A stretch of DNA of 63,451 bases, the filler included, from Pelomyxa schiedti (taxonomy: Eukaryota > Protista > Evosea): NCBI GenBank assembly GCA_020536535.1. It is 12 parts of 12 records of this genome, joined end to end, with 100 filler letters (N's around TTAATTAATTAA, not from the genome) between each part and the next. Parts side by side here need not be neighbours in the genome. Positions count along the whole stretch, not along the records: positions 1 to 20,815 come from JAHLWZ010000565.1; positions 20,916 to 35,148 come from JAHLWZ010001173.1; 10 more parts are not named here. One strand, 5' to 3'. Shown here in pieces: positions 13,217 through 24,377 of this stretch. The position numbers were made by a program, and so were the translations under genes. The notes under the pieces are model-generated. The model worked only from the letters and a program-made list of their open reading frames with translations. It ran no database searches and was not told the origin of the DNA. Every line of letters starts with the position of its first letter. Position 1 is the first letter of the stretch.

Positions 13217-13932
13217 GTATGATCCCTCACAGAAGATCTTATATTACAAATAATAATGTTTTTTCTCCTAGTGCGAGTTGGGTGTGGCAACCCGGCACCA
13301 CGATTGGCGATTATTTGTTTTATAATTCGATCATGCGATCTTATGTTTTCGGGGATTTGGATAAGTGATGAAAACAAGGACCCACAATGTTGCCCAAGCG
13401 GTGTCTCTCAACATCCCAGTCAGCACTAGTCAGGTGAGTCCTCTGACCCTTTCATTATCACTGAGGGAATACATTGTACCTAAGTGGTTTATGCGGGGCC
13501 AACAGTTCTCCCGGTCTATCTTTGAGGAGAGAATTATCTGAGTTTGAACCCTCCGGTGGATAGTGGGACACATGCAACCACACAGTTTTTGAGAAAGAAC
13601 GTTTTGTTTTCCACAATTTTTGTAGAAACAATAACACTCATGAGCCGCCCTAAGACAACCAACCTAGCACATGATCGTGCACAGCAAATCCAAATTGGCA
13701 TTCCCTGGGGACTTGTGGTGTCAGTTCACTGCGCCGAAGGAGATGATGCACAGTACTTCCACAGCCGCAGGGGATTTTTTCCGTTTATGGAAAGTCTCTC
13801 ATCAAATTGGGCAACGAAAGCGTGATGCGTGCTGCAGCGGTGGATGCCTTGCTGGCTTTTTAAGCGGAACCGTTTGTCTCTTCTTGGTTGCAACAATAAA
13901 CAAACAACCAAGACAGCAACCAAGCAAACAAC

Positions 13933-15540
13933 ATGCGGTGTGTGATAGCACTGCTTTCCCTCTGTGCTGCATTTGCCCTTGCCACCAAAGGCTGGGGAGA
14001 CCTTTGTTATGGTCGAAGCGGTGATGGAAAATGCGACATGGCGTGCTACACCAGGGATAACTTCTTCGACAAGGGCGACTGCGACGGTACTCGCTCCCTC
14101 ATTGTTTGGGTTTATTGTTTTTTTTTTTCTCTCACTCATACAACAAACAGGCCTCTGCAACCCTGGATGCTATAACAGTTCCATCGGGGACGGCAACTGC
14201 GACTCGTGGTGCATGACCGAGGAGTGCAACTACGACGGCGGGGACTGTGGCGACGGAGGAGTCTGCGGCGACTGGAACTGCCGGGCCGAAGACTGGGGCA
14301 ATGGCGCATGCAACTACGAGTGCGCCAACGCCGAGTGTGCATGGGACGGCGGAGACTGCGGTGCGTCTACTTTCATTTTCATTTTCATTTTCATTTTCAT
14401 TTTCATTTTCATTTTCATTTCTTTCTTTCCTTCTTTCCTCCCTTGCCGTATGAAATTATTATACTTTGGGTTTGGATGTCTAGCTGCGTTGCAAACACTT
14501 TGTGTGCAGTGTTACTCAACTGTGCCCGTCTTTGCACCGTCCAGCTGATTGGCAACGGCTATTGCGACACCATTTGCGAGGCCGAGGAGTGCTTCTGGGA
14601 CGGGTTCGACTGTGAAGACTGGTGCGCAGAGAGTTGCCACGTGACCATGGTGGGCGACGGCCACTGTGACATGCACTCCTGCTACAACGAGGCCTGCAAC
14701 TGGGACGGCGGCGACTGCGACGTCCCGCTCGTGGACTACTGCGACCCCCCCAAGTGCCTCAGGAGCCAGGTTGGTGACGGGCACTGTGACTCCGTCTGCT
14801 TCAACGATTACTGCGACATGGACGGCGGCGACTGTGGTGTGTCCCTTTTTATCAATCTCTCTCTTTCTCTCCCTTGATTATGGATCTGTGTTGTCCGTGT
14901 TGTCTGTGTGTCGGAATCAAGGCTTTTGGCGGGCCTAACACGCACCCTAGATGGCAGTTACTGTGGCCAGATGGATGGTTACAATGGTTACGGTGCCTGG
15001 TATTGCTATGATTCTGCTATTGGTAATAATCACTGCGACGCTCCGTGCAACAATGCGGATTGTGGATATGACGGCGGCGACTGCAACTTTTCGCGCGTGT
15101 TATACATTGCGGAGTTGGTTGATAACACATGCACCGGGGAAGCCCTCACGGTAACTGCTCACTACTGCACAAACGAGAACGATTGGCAGTGTGAGCCGTA
15201 TTGCTCCTCACTGTTCAGTGAGTGTCAACCTGAGAACGTCCTTCAAGGCTGTGCCACTGTGGCTGAATTCGATTCCTTGTTGGACGACTGGTTCAAGGAA
15301 GAGTATGTTCACCCTCTCTGGCATACCTATACTTACTTTTGTGCTCAGGCCAGCATGGACGGCCACTTTCCCTAACGTAGAGTGCGAGGGCACCCCGAGT
15401 TCTATATTCTACTGGACCAACTCTGATTGCATCCTCATCAGAAACAACCTGTGGGGATACATAGAGTGGTCAGCAAAGGGCGTCCGCGTGCCACACATTT
15501 GCACTGACCCCCACTGTGATGACTGCTTTGTCAATCGCGA
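13933..15540 (+). CDS. Secreted/surface LNR (Lin-12/Notch repeat) protein, 3' truncated by gap
   Basis: Signal peptide MRCVIALLSLCAAFALATKG followed by about 7-8 GDGxCDxxCxxxxCxWDGGDC repeats. Confidence 0.85.
14371..14420 (+). repeat. (TTTTCA)8 microsatellite within an intron of the LNR gene
   Basis: Direct reading of the sequence. Confidence 0.95.
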
Positions 15541-15640
15541 NNNNNNNNNNNNNNNNNNNNNNNNNNNNNNNNNNNNNNNNNNNNNNNNNNNNNNNNNNNN
15601 NNNNNNNNNNNNNNNNNNNNNNNNNNNNNNNNNNNNNNNN

Positions 15641-18600
15641 GGATGGTGACGAAACCTTTATTTCTACGGCATAACGGGAGTATATTTCACCACGTTTTAG
15701 TTTCATTGATGCAGTGAGCATCCCATTTTCTGCAGTCCACGGATCAACCACGATGCAAAGGTCACTAACCCTCTCTATTCTGGCAAGCTGTGATTTTCCG
15801 GTTACTATTAACAGGGAAAGTTCAGGGGGCTACTTGAGCACTTTCGGCTGATGCCTCCAATGAATCGAGAATAGCCGCTTTGGTGCTTGGTTCTCGGCAT
15901 GCCTTTAAAAATGAGAGCATGTCCGGCTGATATATTGTAAATTGAGGTGAGTGAAATTGAAAAAAGGAGGAGACTGTACCCCAAACTTTTTCCCCAGAAA
16001 AGCCTCAATGTTGGGCTTATTCGGTACAATTATAGCAACGGGATGAAGCTCAAGGGGGTGGGCATAAATGCATATTTGCTCCACAAATGGACTGGTACCA
16101 AGAGCTCCTTCGATTTTTTCAAGGCTACACCACCATTATTAGGGTGTCCCAATTCCAATTTCACAACACACGCAATATATTCACCATGTGCCATTTTCAC
16201 TATATTCCGAATTCTGTCAATAATCTCAAGAGTTCCATTTTTATGCCACTGAGGAACGTATTAGACTGAGAATTTAATAGGATAAGAACGGACTCGTCCA
16301 ATGTCACCGGTGTGTAACCATCCATTCTCATCGAATGTTTCCAACCTAATGGGGATTGTTTCATAATGGAAGTCAGGTATGTATTAAATACGTGATTTTT
16401 GGCAGTTTGTAATAGCCTGGACTGATATTTGGTCCTCGCATGCAGATCTCTCCACAAGGAAGCGGTTTGGATTTGTGGGTATACTTCAGTTCTGGCACAT
16501 CCACCAGTTTAACCTCTTTTTTCAATTATTTGCAAGGACTTCTATGAAAGGCAATCAACCACTGGGGCAAATTGGTGGTCCCACTCGACCAAAAGAGAAG
16601 TCATCCAAGTACATGCAGGAAATGGTGCCACTTGATTCTGATGACCCTGAAAACGAAGTTAGCATGGTTTAAGATATTTGATGTTCGCACACCATAGCCA
16701 AATAAAACAGGACACGAAAGGAAGCAAACGAGAAGTTTATGAGTGTATTGACTCAAAGCAGCACTGCCAATTACCACCAAATGCAATCTGCCACCAAAAG
16801 CAAGTTGTAACTTGTGGAATACAAGTTTGTCGAGGAAAGAAATAACTGCCCGTCCAAGAAGGGTGCCTCTGAGTCGTCCTATACTGTTGTGTGAGAATTT
16901 TTGATTGTTGTTGTAATGACTGTTACCGATAAAGACAAGTTTCAATTTTAGCGCAAGATGGAAAAGAAACCAGACAGGAAGAGGTGACTGGTTTACTTTG
17001 GACAGGATGCCTTTCACTATTTTCTCACAGACAGAAGGAACGCTTGCAAAAAACGTTGGTTGGAGCTCGGAGAAATCTCCACGACAGTTATAAACAGACA
17101 CATCGGTGAGGGTCCTTGGATTCTGCAACAAGAATGCTTACTTAAAAGATTATAGGTTGTGGAGATTACAGCATATCCTATCCTGGCGTGCTGTGTGATT
17201 GCTAAGAACTCAGCTACCAACTCGAAGATATGTGCCAACGGGAGGTAGGCTATCAGTGTGTCCTCTATGTCAACCACATGAACACAGGAAACAATAGCAC
17301 CAGTAACATTCTTGTGCGTAAGTATCACACCCTTGGGCAGACCTGTTGTTCCGCTTGTATAACTGAAACGTAATCCTCGTTAAGTGTTGTGAGTAATTGA
17401 AGGAGAGTCATACATAATAACTGCTATATTGTCTGGATCAGGTGGATTGCGCTTGCTGGGTTTTGTTTCCCCAAGTTTGAGAAATTCGTCAAAGGAATAA
17501 ACATTCAAGTTTGATGCGGATAGTCTGGAAAGTACATCCGCTGGAGGGCCCATTCCTTTGTAAATAATTGTACGCAGGTGAAAAGTATGACTGGAGTTAA
17601 GAAGATCTAACAGCTGGAGATGTTTTTTACATAAGGGGAGCAAGAAGGAAGTCATACACTCTCTAAAAGTTCAGATCCAATAAATAGGACTTCCATAGCA
17701 GTTTCTTCCATGATATGCGCAGCACCAGAAGCCCCCAGGTTGGAATAAATCGTGGCGGCAGTGGCCTTCATAGAAACGACAGCATTGAACATAAGCATCC
17801 ATTCAACGCAGGTCTCACACCAGAACCCAACAATTTGTGAAGCCTCCGGGTACTCCAACGTTGAAGCAGTAGGAGAAAATGAAAAAGGGATGGCACCAGT
17901 TACTCCAACACTATGAAGAGCTGCATTAAGATTGTCTACAAGAACTCCAGCTTGTCGGTAGGAAATCCATTCATAAGGTGCGAGATGGTAAAGTGTCATT
18001 TTGTCTGCCTGTTGAACAGACAAGAGAACTGTTAGGGAGAAACAAAGAACTCCCGTAAACTCAACAAACCTCTCTGATTTTTGTTGACAGTACTTTTCGG
18101 GAACCAAAAAGGGGCTTGTCCGGTACATCAGCCACTGAGGTCCAAAATATATCATAGAGAGTTTTGCACATTGCCGGTCCCAAAATAGCAGGGCACAGTG
18201 GTGCAGGTCCAACAGCAGGAAGTACCTTGGGGCAACGAGGAGCACACGTAGCTGTGCGTGGCAACAACCACACGGATGAAATATCCCCTCCGGCTATAAA
18301 ACAAATTAGGGTACTTAATTTCATAAAGATATAATCAAACCACTATCTTGACTTGACCAAATAATACAGTACCACAACTCCAACATTATAACCCATTATT
18401 ACAAAACGCAAGCTACGCACCGGTAATATCAGTAGTAGGCTCGCTGAGGGTTCGGCGTCTCATTCGCCGTAGCTTCAACAGCTTGTGACAATACCCGTGA
18501 CCGTGACAGTGTTTGTCGCCAACTTTTACTCCCGTATGACGAAGAGGTGGTGTTGTAGATGTAGATCCAAGACGACGACCTCGGCCGCCAAGTGGCACCA

Positions 18601-18763
18601 CCCATAAGCACCACGCGGCAACCGCGAAGAGGGCCGCTACTACCACGTTGACCGCGACCACAACACCAACCCGCAGCTTCGTGCTCGTGTCACACCCACA
18701 CCGGCACGCGCCCCCGCTGCCGCAGCAACACCGGTGAAAGACTGACGACTGTGCGTTGCCCAT
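15641..18763 (-). CDS. ACSL: Long-chain fatty acyl-CoA synthetase (AMP-binding), 3' end lost in gap
   Basis: AVIM|YTSGTTGLPKGVILTHKN, AYLPLAHIFE, PTFFASVP, GWLHTGDIG, DRIRNIVKMAHGEYI, WTAENGMLTASMKLKR. Likely start MGNAQSS at 18763. Confidence 0.9.
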
Positions 18764-18899
18764 GTGTGTGTGCGTGTGCGTACACAACCTGTGTTGACTC
18801 TTCTTTTCGACTTTTTGGAGAAACTCGATCTCACTGTGAGTGTGTTTGATGCTCGTTGACGTTCTCGGAAAGGGTGTTTTTCGTGTGTTGTTCCAGGTT

Positions 18900-20138
18900 T
18901 TACAGTTGTTTTGGAGTGATGGTGGCAACAACGAGGCCTGTGGTGGCTTCGTGTAGTGCGAGGTTGAGGGTGCGGTACCACTGGGGGTCGGTTGGTATTG
19001 CAGTGTTGGTGTGGGTGGTGTTGCATTCACCGCTGTGGAGCGGAGTGGGAACAATGGAGATGGTCTGGCTAGTCAGCATTGGGGATGTAACCAACAGCAG
19101 CTGTGCTGAGGGGCAGGTGTGGCTGTGGCAGGGCGATGTGTCTCCCATGTGGTGCACTGTGACTGTGTGTCCAGAAACAGTGCCCAGATGCTCTGCTCCA
19201 CACCTGAAGATACGGTCTGCTGGGATTTCGAGTTGTTTACCTGTGGCTGTGTTGTGCACCCGCGCATCGTGCATAGCTCGGTGTATTGTGAACATTGTGC
19301 CGAGGTTCCACATCGCCCCGATGGGATTGAGCGGAGTTTCCAGAACTCTTTTCACCACCAGGGTTTTTGTAAGAAATGTGCTCTCCAGGTCTATTGCGTA
19401 CATTTTAGCTACTCCACACAGAAGCACTTCGTCAGTTTCACACCCACTCAGCACTCCTCCAGTAATGAGCAAGCTCTGAAAATCAACTGTGACAAGCGGA
19501 TCCTGCGGAAGCCCACGTTCCTTTTTCCACACACATAAAGACCGACTAGTAGTTACTATCACCCACTTGGAGTTTGTATCAGAACTTAACAGAAACCGGA
19601 ATTTCCCACATTCAGGCAAGAGCCACTTCTCGTGCACACCATTAACGTCCACAACTGACACACTGAGTGTAGTAAGTGATGGGCAAAATGATGCCATCAT
19701 CAAATGTGTTCCCATTGAGCTGGGGTCGTCCCCACAACAGCCGCGAAATGCTGCCAGTGCCATCCTTATTGTATATCTGCTGTCAGGCAACTGAAAGCAT
19801 CCGCAGTTTACAACACCCAGTGTGGGCGACAAGTCCATCCACACCACCACGTTTTCTCGATCATAGGGATCAACGGTGGTTCCAGGCAGATACATCCGAT
19901 ACCGTTTGCTTGACTCGAGGCAGAAAGTGACAAAAGCAGTATGCCCCACGCACACCACCCACTCCCTCCCAAACTCACTCAGCAATGACGGCACAGTACC
20001 CAGTACTCCCACAAAACAGCAACAACTTCCGGCAGTGCCCTCCACACAGCACCGACGCACCAGAGCCCCACACGCAAGCGCAACAAACTGCTCCCGTGCA
20101 CACAACACCTTTGTAACAATGTGTCCTTGTTGTTCCAT
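18900..20138 (-). CDS. Intronless member of the lineage-expanded 'QFxA..RCG' family
   Basis: Long uninterrupted ORF; AREQFVALACGALVRRCC, LSPTLGVV, NSKW, IDLESTFLTKTLVV. Confidence 0.75.
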   Translation of the reverse strand: MEQQGHIVTKVLCAREQFVALACGALVRRCCVEGTAGSCCCFVGVLGTVPSLLSEFGREWVVCVGHTAFVTFCLESSKRYRMYLPGTTVDPYDRENVVVWMDLSPTLGVVNCGCFQLPDSRYTIRMALAAFRGCCGDDPSSMGTHLMMASFCPSLTTLSVSVVDVNGVHEKWLLPECGKFRFLLSSDTNSKWVIVTTSRSLCVWKKERGLPQDPLVTVDFQSLLITGGVLSGCETDEVLLCGVAKMYAIDLESTFLTKTLVVKRVLETPLNPIGAMWNLGTMFTIHRAMHDARVHNTATGKQLEIPADRIFRCGAEHLGTVSGHTVTVHHMGDTSPCHSHTCPSAQLLLVTSPMLTSQTISIVPTPLHSGECNTTHTNTAIPTDPQWYRTLNLALHEATTGLVVATITPKQL

Positions 20139-20273
20139 ACGAAGTACAAAAAAAAAACCAAGTTTCAAAAAATGACGGGTTGAAAGTTTTTTTTTTTGTT
20201 TCCTACGGTGATGATGAAGGGTCACACATTTGGGGATGTGGGCTACGTAGCTAGCATAATCATCAAAGGTGGT

Positions 20274-20603
20274 TTAGTTCTTGTTGGCGACGGCGGTGTT
20301 GAAACAGTCGTCGACGACCTTCTCGGAGCCACCCGTCGCAGTCTTGAGCTTGTTGTCGAGCGTGCGCTTGACGACGACGAACGTGGGCATGGCCTGCACG
20401 GAGAACTCGGCGGCGACCGCGTCCACCGCGTCGACGTCGACGCGCGCCACGGCGACGCCCGTCTGTGCCGACTTCTGGTGGACGTAGGGCGCGATGCGCT
20501 TGCACGGTCCGCACCATGTAGCGTGGAAGTCGATGACGACGACGCCGTGGGTGGCGACGTACTCGGCCAGTTGCGCCCTGCTGGTGATGTCGAGCTCAGT
20601 CAT
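20274..20603 (-). CDS. TRX: Thioredoxin
   Basis: 109 aa, VVIDFHATWCGPCKRIAP, VQAMPTF. Confidence 0.95.
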   Translation of the reverse strand: MTELDITSRAQLAEYVATHGVVVIDFHATWCGPCKRIAPYVHQKSAQTGVAVARVDVDAVDAVAAEFSVQAMPTFVVVKRTLDNKLKTATGGSEKVVDDCFNTAVANKN

Positions 20604-20815
20604 GGTTTTTTGTTTTTTGATTGGTTTTTGTGTTGCTTGCTTGCGGGCTTTTTTTTTAATTGTTTTTTTGTGTGGTCAACGTGGACTTTGTTGGCAACAG
20701 AAAAAATGACGAAGAGACACTTGAATTACAGTCATTTGATTACCCGCAGAGAAGGCGAAATATCAACTTGTGCGTGCCCGTTGGACTTTTTTCGCGGAGT
20801 GCGTTGGAGAGGAGG

Positions 20816-20915
20816 NNNNNNNNNNNNNNNNNNNNNNNNNNNNNNNNNNNNNNNNNNNNTTAATTAATTAANNNNNNNNNNNNNNNNNNNNNNNNNNNNN
20901 NNNNNNNNNNNNNNN
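20816..20915. other. Artificial contig linker N44-TTAATTAATTAA-N44 (six-frame stop)
   Basis: Identical linkers at 35149-35248, 37114-37213, 39446-39545, 45908-46007, 48193-48292, 52946-53045, 54261-54360, 57497-57596, 58826-58925 and 61158-61257. Adjacency across them is not biological. Confidence 0.97.
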
Positions 20916-21309
20916 TGGTACGTTCGGACCAAGTGCGTGAATCATAGCTGAAAAATAGAAAACGTGAGTTTGTGCAGCATAACATCAAACACGTATGGGA
21001 ATGGGTTATTCACTATTAAGCATAATAGATAGCGAAAGTCACACACCCACTGACACCGATTCAACAGACAATCCTTCAATGTAGTCATACTGGGGCCATG
21101 CCAGCCAAACTGAAAAGCACCATCAGGTGGTGTTCGTTAGAAAAGGCAGTAATATAAAAATGTGGCAGAAGGGGGGGGATGCATAATACTGGGGTTATGG
21201 GATATGTACCAGAGTCGTGCTTCTCCCAGTCAGCTGGGAACAAAAAAGACTCACCCCCAAGCAGGCACAACGAAACTACAACTAAAACAGAACAACACGA
21301 CCACATCAT
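20916..21309 (-). CDS. Agmatine deiminase / Porphyromonas-type peptidylarginine deiminase family, 5' fragment with signal peptide
   Basis: Splicing two GT-AG introns gives MMWSCCSVLVVVSLCLLGGESFLFPADWEKHDS|VWLAWPQYDYIEGLSVESVSV|AMIHALGPNV. This matches the family N-terminal PAEWxxHxxxWLxWP motif. Confidence 0.75.
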
Positions 21310-21895
21310 CGCTGGCTGTATTGTCAAAATGATTTTGATCGTCCCAAAACCATGTGACCGGTTTTGGGGTTGATGAACCACAGGGAATCCCAATGGTTCT
21401 GTTGGGAGACACGCAATGATGGGACCATAACAAGGGGTGCCTATGAGATGAATCCACCAGGAAAGGTAAGTTGATACAGGGGGTGATGGCCATTTTGGGA
21501 AAGTGATGCCTTCCGCTGTTTCAACTCAGACCCGTTCAAAACAAAACTGGGAAAAAAAAAAAAAAAAAAATCAAACCAATCGACGACGACCACCGGCACC
21601 GGTACCTACTCAACACCCTGTTTGTTTGTCGCAGTTTGTCGCATGCGGTGGTGGTTTGGGTTGTTTATGGGTCTAGCGGCTGTCTGTTTGTCTTCATCTC
21701 GCACCCCTTTTTTTAAATTGACTCGCGTTTTAGTAAGGCCCCTTTGTTTCACCAAATTTAGGAGGCGCCGATACACCTATAGCAATTAGTGACCTAGGTT
21801 TTTTTTCTATTTAATGTTTTTTTCTTTGGGTTTTTTTTTCCCCAGATCGCTTTGACACTGAATCCTTATTTTATTGTATAGACCTTTCGAAAACA

Positions 21896-24304
21896 ATGGG
21901 TGACGCAACAACACCAGCACCAACAGCAACTCCCGCAGCCCCTGCACAACCACTGCCTCCTGGTTGGAGTGAGAGGTTGGATCCAATATCGGGCAAGAGG
22001 TTTTTTGCCAACCTCATCACCCGCACTTCAACGTGGGAAAGACCCACACAACCAGCAGAGATATTCGCAACTCCTGCCCAAATTGCTGCGTACCAGCAAG
22101 CACTGGCCCAGGCTCAATTGGCCAAGCAACAAGCACTTGCTGCGCAAGCCCAGGCCCAGGCCCAAGCACTGGCGGCCCAAACGCAAGGAGATACGCAGTC
22201 CCAAACTGGTACACAACCAGCAACGGCAGTACCACCAGCAACGACAACAACAACAACTCCCGCTACGCCAGCAACACCAACAACACCCTCCCAGCCTAAT
22301 GAACCAACTCCAACTCCAGCTCCAGCAGCAACCCCCTCTGTGACAGCTCCCTCTGATGCGCCTGTCAGTATTGCTACGCCTTCAATTGAACACCGCACCT
22401 CAACACCAAAACTACTTGAGCCACAACTTACGTCGCCATCAAGCAATGCTCTACAAACCGCTACTCAGGACCCACTGCCAGAGGGTTGGGAAGAACGAAA
22501 ACACCCTGCAAATGGTCGAGTTTATTATGCCAACTTGGTGACAAGGACATCTACTTGGGAAAGACCCAAATTCCCTGCAGCAGCGTACCTGAATGGGAAT
22601 CCAGCTGCCAACCAACCTACAGTAGCGTCGACTACCCAGCCATCTACAACTACCCCCACCACAACCCAATCAGCCCCACAAACAGGGAGTTCCTCCACTT
22701 CAACTCCATCCCTTCCAACGTCACAACCAGATGCGCCTTCATCTGGCACACAACCAGCAATTGTTCCTGCACCAACATCAGAGACATCTGGAATGACAGC
22801 AGCCCAGACTCAGGTATATCTGAACAATTGATACGAATCCATTAATTTCGGTTGCAGGCTATTGGAGAACCACCTGCTTGTGCCCTCTGCCACAAGATTT
22901 CAAAGATTCCACTGGAATGCCCCCTCTGCAAGGGAGTGGCGTGCAAGTATGTTTCAGCTCTTCACTTTCCAGCCTAACAGAGCCAGGGAATGCTTCGAAC
23001 CAGTGGCCACAACAGAATGTCCCTTGTGTCACCAACCTCTTACAGTTGCTCAGTTGAAGGACAAAATGCCCCCAAATTGGGAAGAACGATTTGATAATAC
23101 TTCACAGAAGGTAACACAATTTTTTTAGACTGCATTGACTCCAACTAGACATACTTTGCCAACGTTGTAACAAGGGCGGCAGTATGGGATAGACCAAAAT
23201 ATCGTATTTTTTTCCTTTCCCCCCCTTCTTACTTCTCACTTCTTTCTAGCTGTACCAGTGTCACCACTGGTCACTCATAGTGAATTAGCGGCATCTTCGA
23301 CCATCTCTACTCCTTCTCAAACGGCAGAGCCGACCAACACAAATAGCACGACCACCACTGCAGCAACATCAACCACTACTTCATCAACCACACCAAGTAC
23401 GGCCGACACAGCTGAGAGAACAGCTACCCCAGCAAACTCTACCACCGCTAGTTCTGCCGCAGCCGTACCCGGCTCTCCTTTAAGTGCAAGTGCTGCCCAG
23501 ATAATAATCCCAAATACCGCACCTAAACCAGGTGTGCGCAAATTTGTTACAGTTGGAGATGGTGCTGTAGGCAAGGTACTTTTGTCTTTTTATAGTCTAT
23601 TTATTTCCTCACCTCCAAAAGACATGCTTGCTCATCTCCTACACAAAAAATGCTTTTCCTGAAGAATATGTCCCAACTGTATTTGACAATTATTCATGCA
23701 ATATAATGCACGACGGGAAGGGCTATAATGTTGGTCTTTGGGATACTGCCGGACAGGAAGAGTATGTGTAATGCCTAGTTAAATGTCTTCTAATTCCCAA
23801 AAAGATATGACCGCTTGAGGCCACTCAGTTGATTATTTTCACTTTTATTCATTTCCTCTAACATTCTCATTACACAGGTTACCCACACACCGATCTTTTC
23901 TTCCTTTGCTACAGTATTGTGAACCCATCATCATTGGACAACTGCCGCGAAAAATGGAATCCCGAGATTACGCATTACTCCCCCGATGCACACAGAATTC
24001 TTGTCGGCACCAAAAAGGATCTTCGAAACGATCCCGCGATTGTAGCAGCTTTATTGGCTGAAAAGAAGCAACACCCTGTCACTGCTGACGAAGGCCTCAA
24101 AGTTGCCAAAGAACTAGGATGCGTCCGACATCATGGTAATAAAAACTCCTTCTACTTTTCTTCTCAAAACTAAGCTACTGTACAGAATGCAGTGCCCGCA
24201 CCCAAGAAGGCATTGCCGGTCTCTTCAATGAGGCAATAAAAATATGCCTTTCTCCCCCCTCTGCAGTCAACCCTGCCAGAAAGAAGAAATGCTGTATCCT
24301 GTAA
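21896..24304 (+). CDS. WW-WW-RING-like-WW protein fused to a C-terminal Rac/Rho GTPase
   Basis: WW motifs [24 protein letters not shown] and MPPNWEE..VWDRP. Cys cluster CALC..CPLC..C|KEC..CPLC. GTPase VGDGAVGK|[31 protein letters not shown], and CAAX end KKKCCIL* (TAA 24302-24304). Confidence 0.9.
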
Positions 24305-24377
24305 AAAAAAAGAGAATAATCTAACACTCACAACAGCCTTATAACCTCAACAAAATCATCCACTCTCTTACTACATT

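Noticed and set aside
13431-13439. CAGGTGAGT, whose reverse complement resembles the U1 snRNA 5' end
   Set aside because: No U1-70K loop, U1A loop or Sm site in the right arrangement downstream on that strand.
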